Below, in pieces: positions 9,631-20,496 of a DNA stretch of 30,584 nt (its first letter is position 1; every line of letters starts with the position of its first letter). This DNA comes from an uncultured Acidobacteriota bacterium (GTDB taxonomy: Bacteria > Acidobacteriota > Thermoanaerobaculia > Multivoradales > JAHEKO01). The translations under genes and the position numbers were made by a program. The stretch lies in the NCBI GenBank assembly GCA_963713825.1, contig CAVQNG010000037.1, positions 1 to 30,584 of the forward strand, written 5' to 3'. A model generated the notes under the pieces. That model searched no databases and was not told the DNA's origin. It was given only the letters and a program-made list of their open reading frames with translations.

Positions 9631-10826
9631 ATGCGGCTGACATACTTTCACTACCTGTGTGACGGGGACACAGCTCTCAATCACGTCAGACAATTTACGA
9701 GTGCTGCGAAGACCGCAGGATATCAGGTTGACGTCTGCGCTCTGGAAACGGGAAGCGAGGCCTCAGGAGACAGCATTTCCTCCAAGGATAGGACTCGTGA
9801 CCTCTTGAAGCGCCACCTGAGCTTCCACCTGCATGAGCCCAAGAAGTTCCTGTCTAACTTTTCTTCGTATCATACAGCTGCTTCAGCACTCAAAGCGCAT
9901 CGAACCGATGCAGTTCTTGTCCGGAACGAATTGCTGAGTCTGAGCGCCATCCTCGCCGGGAAGAGGGCCGGGCTGCCCATAATTCTCGAGGTCAACTCTC
10001 CCGCAGTGGAGTCACGTCGATACTTGGATCAGTATTTTCATCTACCCCGCCTCCCTGAAGCTATCGAGCGCAAGCAATTGTCGATGGCCGACGAGATCAC
10101 AGTTGTATCAACCGCGCTGAGGGAGCACCTGATCGAGCAGTACAAGGTGCCGCCGGAGAAGTTCACTGTGGTTCCGAACGGTGCGGGCTTAGACCTTTTT
10201 CGACCTGACAATGTGCCAGACCCAGCCTTGGAGACAGGGCTCGGTAAGGCAACGATTGTCGGCTTCATCGGATCATTCGAAAAGTGGCACGGCCCAGAGC
10301 TTCTGCGCGACATGGTGCTTCGAGTCGCTACGGCCCGACCGGAAACCCGATTTCTTCTCGTGGGGGACGGACCAGAGCGGAAGGCGGTTGAAGAGCAACT
10401 TCACATCTGTTGCGGACCGTGTTCATTGTACGGGTAGGTTCCTTCACGAAAGAATTCCAGGAATCACTGCATTGATCGACGTGGCAGTGATGCCAGAGTC
10501 GAACTTCTATGGCTCGCCACTGAAGGTGATCGAGTGGATGGCCGCTGGTAGAGCGATCGTCGCACCCGACTACGGCCCCCTCTGCGAGAGTGATCGAATC
10601 GGGCAAGGAGGGTCTGCTGTTCCGCCGCGGCGACGCCGAAGACCTTGCCGCCGCAGTCGTCAAGCTGGTGGACGATCGCCGGGCTGCGCCAGCTACTGGG
10701 CGGTCCGCGCATCATCGCGCTCAGCAGTCCCTGTCGTGGTCTCACAATGCAGCCCGAGTCATTGAAGCTTGCGAGACGAGCGATCGAAAGTCACTCCCAC
10801 AAGGCCATGCGAGCCCAGACCGATGA
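9631..10826 (+). CDS. Glycosyltransferase family 4, frameshifted near 10400 and 10590
   Basis: 9631..10437 has ILEVNSP, VVPNG and GFIGSFEKWHG. The 10211 frame has YGSPLKVIEWMAAG. The 10590..10826 frame has GLLF...SWSHNAARV. Confidence 0.8.
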
Positions 10827-11878
10827 GCCCCCTTCTCCGCGGGAGTCGCTCTGCACTCCGCAGCTCTGTTTGCCGCTGGCTCAGCGGCTGACACGGACTC
10901 TCAGAGCCAGGCGCCTGCGAAGCGAGATCATCGACTCTTCATCCTTGAGTACCACGACATCTCTCCCGACGGGTCCGAGTTCGAAGGGACAATCTCGCAG
11001 ACCCGATTTCGTCAGTCATCTCCAGTGGCTGAAGAAGCAGTTCCAGATCGACCACACTTCAGGAGGCAACCGAGAGACTGACGTCGGATGCACGACCTCG
11101 ACCGCGATCTGGTCGTCCTGACTTTCGACGACGGCTACGAGGGCAACTTCACGGGGGCCTGGCCCGTTCTTGAAGTCGGAGGGCGTGCCCGCAACCATCT
11201 TCCTCACCACGGGATTCCTCGGAGGTCAGGGGCTGTGGTTCGATATCGCGAGGCGATACCTGGCTGCGGCCCAGAACGCACCGAACTTCCTCTCAGAAGA
11301 AGCACGCCGATTGTTGGCTACCGTATTCGGGAGCCTGGCCGGTGAACCGCGATCCCGAAAGCCTCGTGCAACGCCTGAAATATCTCGATCCGAAGGATCG
11401 ATCGCAGCTCCTCGACGCACTGGCAGGGTCATCGCTTCCGCTCGAGCCTGCGGCCAAACCCCTGAGTTGGAGCCAGGTTCGAGAGATGCATCAGGGAGGC
11501 GTCGAGTTCGGTGGGCACACCGTCACCCACCCGATTCTCGCTCTCGAATCCCGGGAGAAACAGCAAGAGGAGATCCAGCGCTCCCGAGATCGGATCCAAG
11601 AGGAAACGGGAATCCTACCCACGACCTTCGCATACCCGAACGGATCTCGTCGAGACTACACCAACGAAACCGTAGACGTATTGAAGCAGATTGGGTTTCA
11701 TGGAGCATGCACGACCGTCAGGGGATCCAACCGACCTGGATGTGATCCCTACAGGCTCCGGCGCATCGGAATAGGAAGCGACCCGACATGGGTCCTCGAG
11801 GCTCGTCTATCAGGCCTCTTCGACGACTCGGCCCGGAAGCTCTTACCTAAGTTCGCCTTCCGGGTAGGCGTTGTCTGA
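10823..11878 (+). CDS. Polysaccharide deacetylase (CE4/NodB homology), multiply frameshifted
   Basis: ATG 10823 overlaps the GT4 stop (ATGA). Motifs across frames: ILEYH, LTFDDGY, PATIFL.TG, LSWSQVREM, GGHTVTHPIL, FAYPNG and LRRI. Confidence 0.8.
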
Positions 11879-13332
11879 CGAACTGTCGGACCAGGGCGAG
11901 CTCCGTATCCGAGAAGAACCCCAACAGCAACAGGAGCAACGGGAAAGGCGAGAATGCCCCAGAACAGGTGCCACGCCACTCCGAAAGGAGTGGGTGCTGG
12001 AGGCATCAGCAGAGCCATCCCGTAAGACGCTGACCGCTGCCAGAACCACCTTGAAGAGACGTCGATATTCGTACTCGATCGGGTAGAACCGCTGCGCCAG
12101 GAACCAGGCTCCTGTCGCGGAGAACAAGAAGGCGACCGCTGTAGCCGCCGCAGCACCCATCATTCCATAGTGGGGAATCAACAAGAAGTTCAAACCAATG
12201 TTGATCAGTGCCGTAATCCCGGAGAGCATCGGAAAGTAACGGGTCTTCCCCGCGATGTGGACCCCAGGATTGAGACAGAAGAAGACCCCGGTAAAAGCGT
12301 ACCCGAGGGACACCAGAGGAACGACCTTGTAGGCCTCGGTATACCCCTCTCCTACCACGAAAGGGACCACGACGCGGCTGAATACCGAAAGGCCAACGAC
12401 TGAAGCAGCCAGGACGGCTACCAGATAGGTCAGGACTCTGGCGTAGGTGGACTTGTGGCCAGGTCGGTCACTGATCGAAAACGCCAAGGCGGGCCACGCC
12501 AGCTGGAATGGCCAGACGATCAGGAACTGGATGACCATGCCGAACTTGTACCCGATCCCGTAGACCGCCACTTCATCGAGCTGACTGAATAGATTCAGGA
12601 TGTAGCGATCAGAAAGGTTGTTGACCCAGCCCGTCAGGACGCCCGGAACCATGAGGAGCCCGAAGGTCAAGAGCGGTCTCGCAAGCTGGAGCTCAACGGC
12701 AAGATCGGACCGCTTGGACGCCATCCAGATCGCAACAGGGAGGGCCACGATATGTGAGATCAAGTTTCCAACAAGGACGCCCCTGACTCCCATCGAGAAG
12801 CGAACCACAAACAGGATGTTCAGGACCATTGCCACCAGGAACTGAAGGAGAACTACCGTGCTGTATGCGGTCGCCCGTTCTTCGGCTCGCAGGCCTGCCA
12901 AGAGCAGTGCGTTGACCGTGGAAAACAGCCCACTCAGGACCATGATTCGGACCAGATCTGCTGCTTCTGCGCTGTCGAAAAGCCATCGACTGATGGGCTC
13001 GGAAAGAAAAAACAGCAGAATGGTTCCCACCAGCAGCACAGGCATGCCAATCAGGTTGGCCGTACTCAAGATGCGCGCTTTGGCAGCCGCTGATTCCGTA
13101 TCTCGGTGATAGCACTTCATGACCGCCGCCGGAAGTCCCAGCGCCAGAAGCCCAAAGGCAACTGTCGCGAACGCCGTAAGGAGCTCCAGAACCCCATACT
13201 CATCCGGCTTGATAAAGCGCGTGTAGATAGGGATGAGTAAGAAAGCCAGACCCTTCTGGGCCACCGACGCGGTTGCATAGACCCCTACCGAGGAGCGAGA
13301 CGGCGAAAGTCCGACCGGAGATCGCTTGTCAT
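11847..13332 (-). CDS. wzx: Wzx-type oligosaccharide flippase (MOP/polysaccharide biosynthesis protein), frameshifted at both ends
   Basis: ORF 11843..13486 has LLIPIYTR...EYG, SDRYIL, VAVYGIGYK and LNFLLIPHYGMMGAA. True start is probably ATG 13332 (MTSDLRSDFRRLA). The natural end LGFFSDTEL...RRT* lies in another frame with TAG at 11847-11849. Confidence 0.85.
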
Positions 13333-13338
13333 GGTCGA

Positions 13339-14444
13339 CTAAGCCGGCCCCTGGCCTCGGAGAGCACGGGCCAGATTCCGGAACACCTTCGCGACATGGG
13401 CTGGTCTTACGCTCCGGATAACCCGAGGATTGAGTTTGCGGGCAGATCGCAGCAGAACATCTTCGATCAGACGGCGACGACGCCATTGGGCTTCACTCAC
13501 GCCGTTGCGAATCGCAGCGTTCGCCCGATCCAAATAGCGCTGGGCGACAATGTCACCCAGGGTAACCCTACCGTCCGTGAACCGGAAAGCTCGGGTCTCA
13601 AACCCGAGCAGCTTCGACTTTGACAGAGTCAACTCGACGACAAATGAGCTCCGGGACCGCTCGGTCTGGCGGATCGCCAGCTTGCCATCGATCTCGAGGT
13701 CGGTGGTCGCAGCATTGCCAAGGTTGTAAACGATGACACCATCCTGGTACCCCTCGACGCCCTGAACCACATGGGCATGATGACCCAGAATAGCTGTCGC
13801 ACCCGCTTCGATCATCCGCCGGGCTTGCCGTACCTGGTCTGGGGACGGAAGATTCGAAAACTCGACTCCCCAGTGCACCGATACCAGCACGTGATCCACG
13901 TCGGGCCTGAGGGCCTCGATCTCTGCCAAAGCCTTAGTGACTTCAAAGGCGTTCACACCGTAGCCACTCGCACTCGCGACATGAGAAGGAACCGTGTCCG
14001 GTGCAGTGTAGGCCAGCCAGCCCAGTCTCATGCCGTTTCGCTCCAGGATCAAAGGGCGGGAGGCGCTCGATTCATCGGTCCCAGCACCCAGAAAACCAAG
14101 TTTCTTGGCTCGCAACAGGTCACAGACGGTCTGGAATCCCGAGTCGAAGCAGTCGAAGGCGTGGTTGTTGGAGAGGTTCAGGAGATCGACGTCGAGGATG
14201 CTCAGAGCGTCGCTGAGTGCCTCTGTACAACCGACCAGTCGAGGCTGCTTGTCGATCTCTCCTTCGGTGCCCGGAAGAGTCACCTCCAGATTGGCGAAAA
14301 GCAGATCGACGTCGTTTCGCAGGAGGGCCAGGTCTCCGAGGGCCATCTCGAGCCGGCCCTGCCGCTGATACTCGGTCCATTCCCCGTCAGCATGAGGTCC
14401 CCCAATGCAGCAATCCTCACCACCGACTTCGGGGTCTGCGACAT
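13339..14444 (-). CDS. CapA / PGA_cap family metallophosphoesterase, frameshift near 14360
   Basis: ATG 14444 gives MSQTPKSVVRIAALGDLML. Continues in 13339..14346 with NLE, SNNHAFD, VHWGVE, GHHAHV and YNLGN. Confidence 0.85.
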
Positions 14445-14584
14445 GGAGCGGACACTATCAAACGCGCCCTGTTCGGGGGACGTCCAAGACCGATTCCATT
14501 GTGAGCCCCGCACGCCCATGAGAGGATAGCCTCGACTCTGTTCGAGGTTGGGAATTGACCACAACCTCGACCTTGGAATTCTGC

Positions 14585-17504
14585 GTGACAACTCCCTACC
14601 GCGTCCTCTTCCTGATCACCAGCAGCGGCACAGGAGGAGCTGAGAACCTCTTCAAGGAGCTCATCCTACGACTCGACCGGAGTCGGTTCGAGCCGCTCCT
14701 CTGTTCGCTAAGAGCTTCAGGCACTATGGCGAGAGAGGTCGAAGCCAGCGGAGTTCCGGTCTTGTCCCTCGAGATGTCGGAGCGACCTCATGCCACCGAA
14801 ATGATTCGAGCATGGTCGCAACTAAGGAGGCTGTTTCGAGATCAGTCGATCGATCTAGTGCAGACTTCCCTCTACCGGGCCAACGTTCTGGCCTCGATGG
14901 CAGTACAGATGAGCCAGGACATGCCGAAAATCGTTACCAGCCAGCACAGCTTGGCGCCGCTGGCCGGGACCCTCCCCATTCTCATGACTCGGCAGTCGCA
15001 CCGGCTCTCAGATCGTGTGGTAGCGGTCTCAGATGCCGTTCGCAGCTACATGATCGAGTCCGAAGGGGTGCCTTCCGAGCGAATCGTCACCATCCCGAAC
15101 GGAGTCGACACGGAGAGATTTCACCCAATCGACAGAGGCGAGGCAACGCAATCTCTCGGCCTCGATCCGGACAGGAACTCGGCCGAGCCCATCATTGGAG
15201 CAGCAGGGCGACTCACCAAGGTCAAGGGTTTCGATGTTCTGATCGAGAGCGCCAGGCTGCTCGTTGATTCAGGAAGGCGCCCCAGGATCTTGATCGCTGG
15301 GGAGGGTCCGGAAGAACATTCTCTACAAAGCCAGATTGTGGAAGCCGGTCTTGGGGACCGCGTCCAGCTAATTGGACTTCAAGCAGAGATGGCAATGCTC
15401 TATGCGGCCTGCGACGTTTTCGTGCTCTCATCCCACAGGGAGGGCTCTCCCAGTGTGGTGCTCGAGGCGATGGCATCGGAGCGTCCAGTCATCGCCACCG
15501 CGGTGGGTGGGGTTCCTGAGATCATCGAAGACGGCCGATCGGGACTCCTCGTGCCTCCAGGCGAAGCAGAGCCGCTGGCCCGAGCCGTGGCCAAACTTCT
15601 CGATGATGAGCCCACCCGGCAAAGCATTGCCGCTCGGGGGCGCAAGCGTGTCGTCGGGGCCTTCGACCTGGATCAAATCACCAGCCGCTACGAGGAGCTC
15701 TATTCAGACCTAGTATCCCCGAAATCGGTACAACAACCTGAGGTAGGATCACCGCAATCACAGAAGAGCCGAATTGCGGACGAGGATCGCAGGCCGCGTC
15801 CGGTAGAAACAATGACTTCAATCAGTCCCCATCAGCGACAGGCTAAATGGGTCACGATCGTTGGATTTCTCCTTGTCCTAGTACTCATCGGCCTACGCTT
15901 GATCCACCTTGGAGCGGATCCTCCAGATTCCCTGTGGACTGAGAGTTTCGGCCCCTTTGTCGATGAGGGCTATAAAACGCTGGATGCGCGGAACCTAGCG
16001 CTGTTCGGCCAGACCCATTGGAACGATCAGGACGACTACCCAGGCTGGCTGCCTCGCAGCCCGATCACGCAGGTCGGCTTCCTGGCTGCTTTCCGGGTCC
16101 TGGGCCAGGAGATCGAAAGCGCCCGGCTCGTCACCGTCCTCTGGTTCCTGCTGATGCTCCTGGCCTTTCTTTGGGCAACCTCAGGCTCCTACCACCCTTC
16201 AGTCGTCTATCTGGGACTCGTACTGCTAGGAGTCAATCTGACCCTGTTCGCGTTCTCTCGGCTGGCAATCTTCGAGATTCCGATTGCCTTCTTCCTTCTG
16301 GTGTCTGTCCTGATGCTGAAGAAGCTGTCGGGACGACGCCCACTTGTTTCCCTTGCTGTGGTCCTCCTATGCCTGATTGTCAGCGCAGTCGGCATCAAGG
16401 CCTCAGCGGTGGTGTATTTCCTGCCCTTGATTGCGGCCTTCGGTCTCTTCTACCTGATCCAGCTGCCGAGTCGATCTTACCGACTAGGGATCCTCATCTC
16501 TTCTGCTCTCGTCCTGGGAGGGCTGCTGATCTTCTTCTTCGACTTCTGGATGCCACGGCTGGATCTGGACGGTCTTCGAGTCCTGAGGGAGTTCCTGGCC
16601 AGCCCGGCTGCCTGGGCTCACCCACTTCTCGTCTCAGCGGCCTTCCTGGCAATCGGACAAGGTCTCTACGAGGATTGGCGCCGCTTCCTCTCGACACCGT
16701 ATCGCGTCTCTCTTATCGCCATTTGCGTTGGGGCGATCTTTCTCCTCAGCCTGTTCAGCTACAACCCCCTTCGATACTACGTTCCCATTCTGCCGGTATT
16801 CGTTCTTCTCGTCCTCGAATGGCTTCAGCTGGGGCCAGTGGACTCCAATCCTCGCGCTGAGGGCAACACTCTGACGAGGCTCGCGAGTGGTGGCATGCTG
16901 TTTCTGGCCCTGCTGTCGTTGGGCCTGGCTTCTAATCGTCTCCTTCTCGGATGGATCGTCCCGGAGCAGTATGCTGTCCCCTCCTACGTGGCTCCGCTCC
17001 GATTCACCCAGGTCTTCCTGATAGCCGCCGTCGCGGCCCTACTGATTACACTGACGCCTGCCCTTGGGCTGTTGTTCAAGAAGAGGGTCGCGAGCTCGAT
17101 CGTGGTCTTCATACTGTTTCTGAGCGTGCTGGTAAACGCCACATCGGTTTCTCTGGCTATTGCGAGCCCCAGCCAGGAGCGAGCGAGGATCTCCCGCGAG
17201 GTCGAGGAACTGCTACCCCGAGGAGCCTCGATTGGAGGCGACTGGGCACCGCTCTTTGCGATCGGAACAGAGCTCAAGGCTCTCTACATGAATCAGGTCT
17301 TCAATGCGCCGGAGAGAGTCAAGCTGGTTCGGCCCGACTACCTATTGCTGAGTGACACCGTTCGGGATGAGGAACTACAGGAAGACCCTCGACGCTGACA
17401 CAGAAGTAGATCTGGGAACCAGGATTTACGAGACGGAGTACAAGGATCGGCGGGTCTCAGTCCATCCCCTGAGGTACCGGAGTGGAACTGGGGAACCCCC
17501 ATAG
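14585..17504 (+). CDS. GT4 glycosyltransferase (about 14585-15715) in frame with an ArnT/PMT-like GT-C membrane glycosyltransferase (about 15812-17504); fusion or two merged genes
   Basis: ORF 14555..17398. The N-half has GGAE, IPNGVD, GRL..VKG and EGSPSVVLEAMA. The C-half has TM1, then VDEGY..DARN, and many TMs. An alternative frame after about 17360 (GMRNYRK...GEPP*) ends at 17504. Confidence 0.75.
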
Positions 17505-17550
17505 ACCTCAGGTCGGGCGCAGCCGGCCCAGTCTCTGCTTGTCTCGAAGA

Positions 17551-18672
17551 TCAACGACCTTCTGCAACCAACCTGCGATAGAACTTCTCGGTCTGCTCGG
17601 CACACCATCCCAGTCGGGCCAGCCATCGGGCTCGTTCGGCGACCAATTCTCGGTGCTGCTGAACCAGATCTGGAGACTCGAGGATCGCTCGCAAGCATTC
17701 CCTGAGAGCCTCGACGTCCTCCGGCGGGAAAACCACACCAGCCTCCCCTACCACTTCCAGATTCTCCGGGATAGAGGTCGTAAGGATGCAAGTGCCAAAA
17801 CTGAGGGCTTCGAGTAGTGCTATCGAGAGGCCCTCGATGCTCGAGGGCAAAATAAACGCGTAGCAGTTGCTGAGCAACTCTTCGATGGTTTCGTGGTCGA
17901 CCTTGCCGAGGAAGACAACCTCGTCCCAAGCCATCTCCTTGACACTCTGAATGTAGGAATCCGAGTAGCTGCTCCCACCAGCTAGGACCAGCTTCTTGGT
18001 CCTGGGAAGGGGCCTCAGCGCCTCCAGGAGCGTGTGAATGCCCTTTTCCGGCGAGATCCGACCTACATAGAGCAGGTAGCCATCGCTCTCCAGGCCGTAG
18101 GCTGCAATCCTGTCGATCGAGCGCGGTTCAGCAGGCACAACTGCGTTGCGAATCACAGTCGTTTCCCGACCATGAACCGCTCTATAGTGATCTCTCAAGG
18201 TCCCTGAGACCACTGATGTCCCAGATGGAAGTCGCACCGAGGCCCACTCGCCGGTCTGCAGCACCCAGCGAGCTAGTCTTCCCCACTTGGCCCGCTGCCA
18301 GTCCAGGCCTCGAACCGACACCACGGTCTTTTGCCCGCAGATCCGAGGCAGGATCGACAACGGCGCCGAGCCGAGAGCGTGGAACTGGACGATGTCGTAG
18401 CCGCGGAAGAGCGCATCGAAGGTGGATAGCACGCTGTGCGAAAGGGTCTCCAGATGCTTGCTGCGGAGCGAAGGAAGGCGCCGAACACGAATCCCGCGAT
18501 AACTATCCGTCTCAGGCGTGAAATAGGTTCGGCAGTAGGCCGTCACCTCATGGCCCCGAGCCGCCAGGCGGGAGCCCACCTCTTCGTAGTAGGTCTCGAT
18601 ACCGCTGTAGGAGTTACCAACCCCACGAGCCCCAATAAAGGCGATCCTCAGCTTGTCGTCATTTGGAGTCAT
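17551..18672 (-). CDS. Glycosyltransferase family 4
   Basis: 373 aa with IAFIGARG...YSGIE, VGRISPEKG and SIEGLSIALLEALSFG. Directly downstream of the priming transferase on the same strand. Confidence 0.9.
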   Translation of the reverse strand: MTPNDDKLRIAFIGARGVGNSYSGIETYYEEVGSRLAARGHEVTAYCRTYFTPETDSYRGIRVRRLPSLRSKHLETLSHSVLSTFDALFRGYDIVQFHALGSAPLSILPRICGQKTVVSVRGLDWQRAKWGRLARWVLQTGEWASVRLPSGTSVVSGTLRDHYRAVHGRETTVIRNAVVPAEPRSIDRIAAYGLESDGYLLYVGRISPEKGIHTLLEALRPLPRTKKLVLAGGSSYSDSYIQSVKEMAWDEVVFLGKVDHETIEELLSNCYAFILPSSIEGLSIALLEALSFGTCILTTSIPENLEVVGEAGVVFPPEDVEALRECLRAILESPDLVQQHRELVAERARWLARLGWCAEQTEKFYRRLVAEGR

Positions 18673-18835
18673 AGACAGCTCTGGCGCCAGCGAGCCTCGA
18701 GTCTCGAGCAGAAACCAGATCTCGCCCTGTCGACAAGACTACAACGAGACCCGCTCGCTTTGCAGCGGACCCGTTATCCACTGTTCTTTGCCTGGAGAGT
18801 GAGCTGAGACTAGAGAGACTCGATCTGTGCTACGA

Positions 18836-20272
18836 CTACGAAGCCCCTGTCCCCTTGATGACCACGGGAACCGTCTTGGCGAGGATCTCCATGTCGAGCC
18901 AGAAGGACCATTCGTCGATGTATTGCATATCGAGCTCCATCCACCTCTCGAAGGTCACCCTGCTTCTTCCCTGGATCTGCCAGAGGCAGGTCAGGCCGGG
19001 ACGAACGCTGAAGCGGCGCCGATGCCAGTCTTCACTGAAGCCTTCGTAGTCACGGACGGGCAGGGGCCGAGGCCCAACCAGGCTCATGTCACCCAGGAAG
19101 ATGTTCATGAATTGTGGCAACTCATCGAGACTGGTACGCCGAAGGAAGCTACCGAGCTTGGTGATCCGAGGATCGTTCTCGATCTTGAAGACCGGCCCAC
19201 TCGCCTCGTTGAGATGCTCTAAATCGGCCTGTTTCTTCTCGGCATCGAGCACCATGGTGCGGAACTTGTACAGCGGAAACCTTCTCTTGTTGAGCCCGAT
19301 GCGCTCCTGTACGAAGAGTATGGGCCCCTTAGAGCCGATCTTGATCAGCAGGCAGATTGAGAGAAAGACCGGGGCCAACAAGATGATTGCAAGACCCGCA
19401 ACTACGATATCGAGGACCCTCTTGACCGCAAGCGACCCGCCCTCCATGTTGCCAGTCACCAACGTTATGAAAGGTTGCCCATCGAGGGTCTCGACTTTCG
19501 CGCTGGCCACCTTGACATTGAAGAAGTCCGACAGCAAACGGACTGTGATTCCCTGCTTCTCGCAGGATCGGACCACCTGCTCGGAGTCGAAGTAGCAGGA
19601 GGGAGCCGGCAAGGCCAGGACCACCTCGTCGACCACGCTGTTCCGCAGGAACACTTCAAGATCTTCTAGGGAACACACCAACTTCTCGCCTTTGGCGGCA
19701 AGGGTCTCGAGTCCAAACCACGGCTTATCCGCGAAGCCAATGACTGCCATGCCTAACTCTGGATGAGAGCGCAGCCGGTCAGCAAAGCTCAGCGCCCGCG
19801 AGTTGGTGCCGACAATCAGCACGTTTCGTAGGTTTCGACCTCTGCGGCGGGCGGATTCCAGCACTCCTCTCAGGAGTAACCGTGACAGCAATGTGAGGGC
19901 AGTGCTGAGGACCCAGAAGACTACCGTGAACTTAGCCGAGATGATTTGAATATCGAAGATGATGCCAGCATTGAAAATCGCCACGGTGCCGATGGTCGTC
20001 GCCTTGAGAACGTCGAGCGCTTCCTGACCAAAGGTCTGTAGTCGATGAGATCGATACAACCCGAGCCATGACAGCACCAGGTGCCACAGCATGAGGAATC
20101 CGAGAAATAGGAGAATATTCGAGAGTTTCAGGCGTACTGAGAGAAGCCGTGCGAACGAGATCCCTTGCGGCTCCAGGATTGCAATCCAGACGGACAGACC
20201 GAAGGCCAGGACCATCAGAACCAGGTCTGTGGCCTTCCAGAATGCGAAGATGATCTGACGCCTGATCCTCAT
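18836..20272 (-). CDS. Priming polyprenyl-phosphate sugar-1-phosphate transferase (WcaJ/WbaP/CpsE type, Bac_transf)
   Basis: Four N-terminal TMs, then VLIVG, KRVLDI, YKFRTM, DPRIT, SLDELPQ, SLVGPRP, RPGLT and LDMQY. ATG 20272 within ORF 18836..20323. Confidence 0.92.
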   Translation of the reverse strand: MRIRRQIIFAFWKATDLVLMVLAFGLSVWIAILEPQGISFARLLSVRLKLSNILLFLGFLMLWHLVLSWLGLYRSHRLQTFGQEALDVLKATTIGTVAIFNAGIIFDIQIISAKFTVVFWVLSTALTLLSRLLLRGVLESARRRGRNLRNVLIVGTNSRALSFADRLRSHPELGMAVIGFADKPWFGLETLAAKGEKLVCSLEDLEVFLRNSVVDEVVLALPAPSCYFDSEQVVRSCEKQGITVRLLSDFFNVKVASAKVETLDGQPFITLVTGNMEGGSLAVKRVLDIVVAGLAIILLAPVFLSICLLIKIGSKGPILFVQERIGLNKRRFPLYKFRTMVLDAEKKQADLEHLNEASGPVFKIENDPRITKLGSFLRRTSLDELPQFMNIFLGDMSLVGPRPLPVRDYEGFSEDWHRRRFSVRPGLTCLWQIQGRSRVTFERWMELDMQYIDEWSFWLDMEILAKTVPVVIKGTGAS

Positions 20273-20496
20273 ATGTCGGATACCCGTCCTAGGCCGTCCA
20301 GACCCATCCGACCGCCTACCCACGTTAGATACCCCAATATAGGGGATCCGTCAATCATATTGCTAACAGGCTATGAGGAGCTCGAAGCCTGACATGAGGC
20401 TTGGCCGTGGTCTACCATTACCTCGATGGCAGCCGTCAACGCCCTGTACTTAGTTGGCTATCGGAAGCCGCACCTAGGCCACTCAGAGGGAAAATA

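Noticed and set aside
13333-13486. Long N-terminal overlap of the wzx ORF with capA
   Set aside because: Explained by a frameshift near 13295; ATG 13332 gives a normal start just after the capA stop.
13339-14444. Poly-gamma-glutamate capsule locus
   Set aside because: Only a CapA-family gene is present; no capB/capC in the window.
18774-18782. DnaA-box-like TTATCCACT
   Set aside because: Single 8/9 match with no cluster or origin context.
9489-20370. GCTAACAGG shared by two divergent gaps (9489-9497 and 20362-20370)
   Set aside because: A shared 9-mer between ~300 and ~220 nt regions on two strands has a chance expectation of roughly 0.5.
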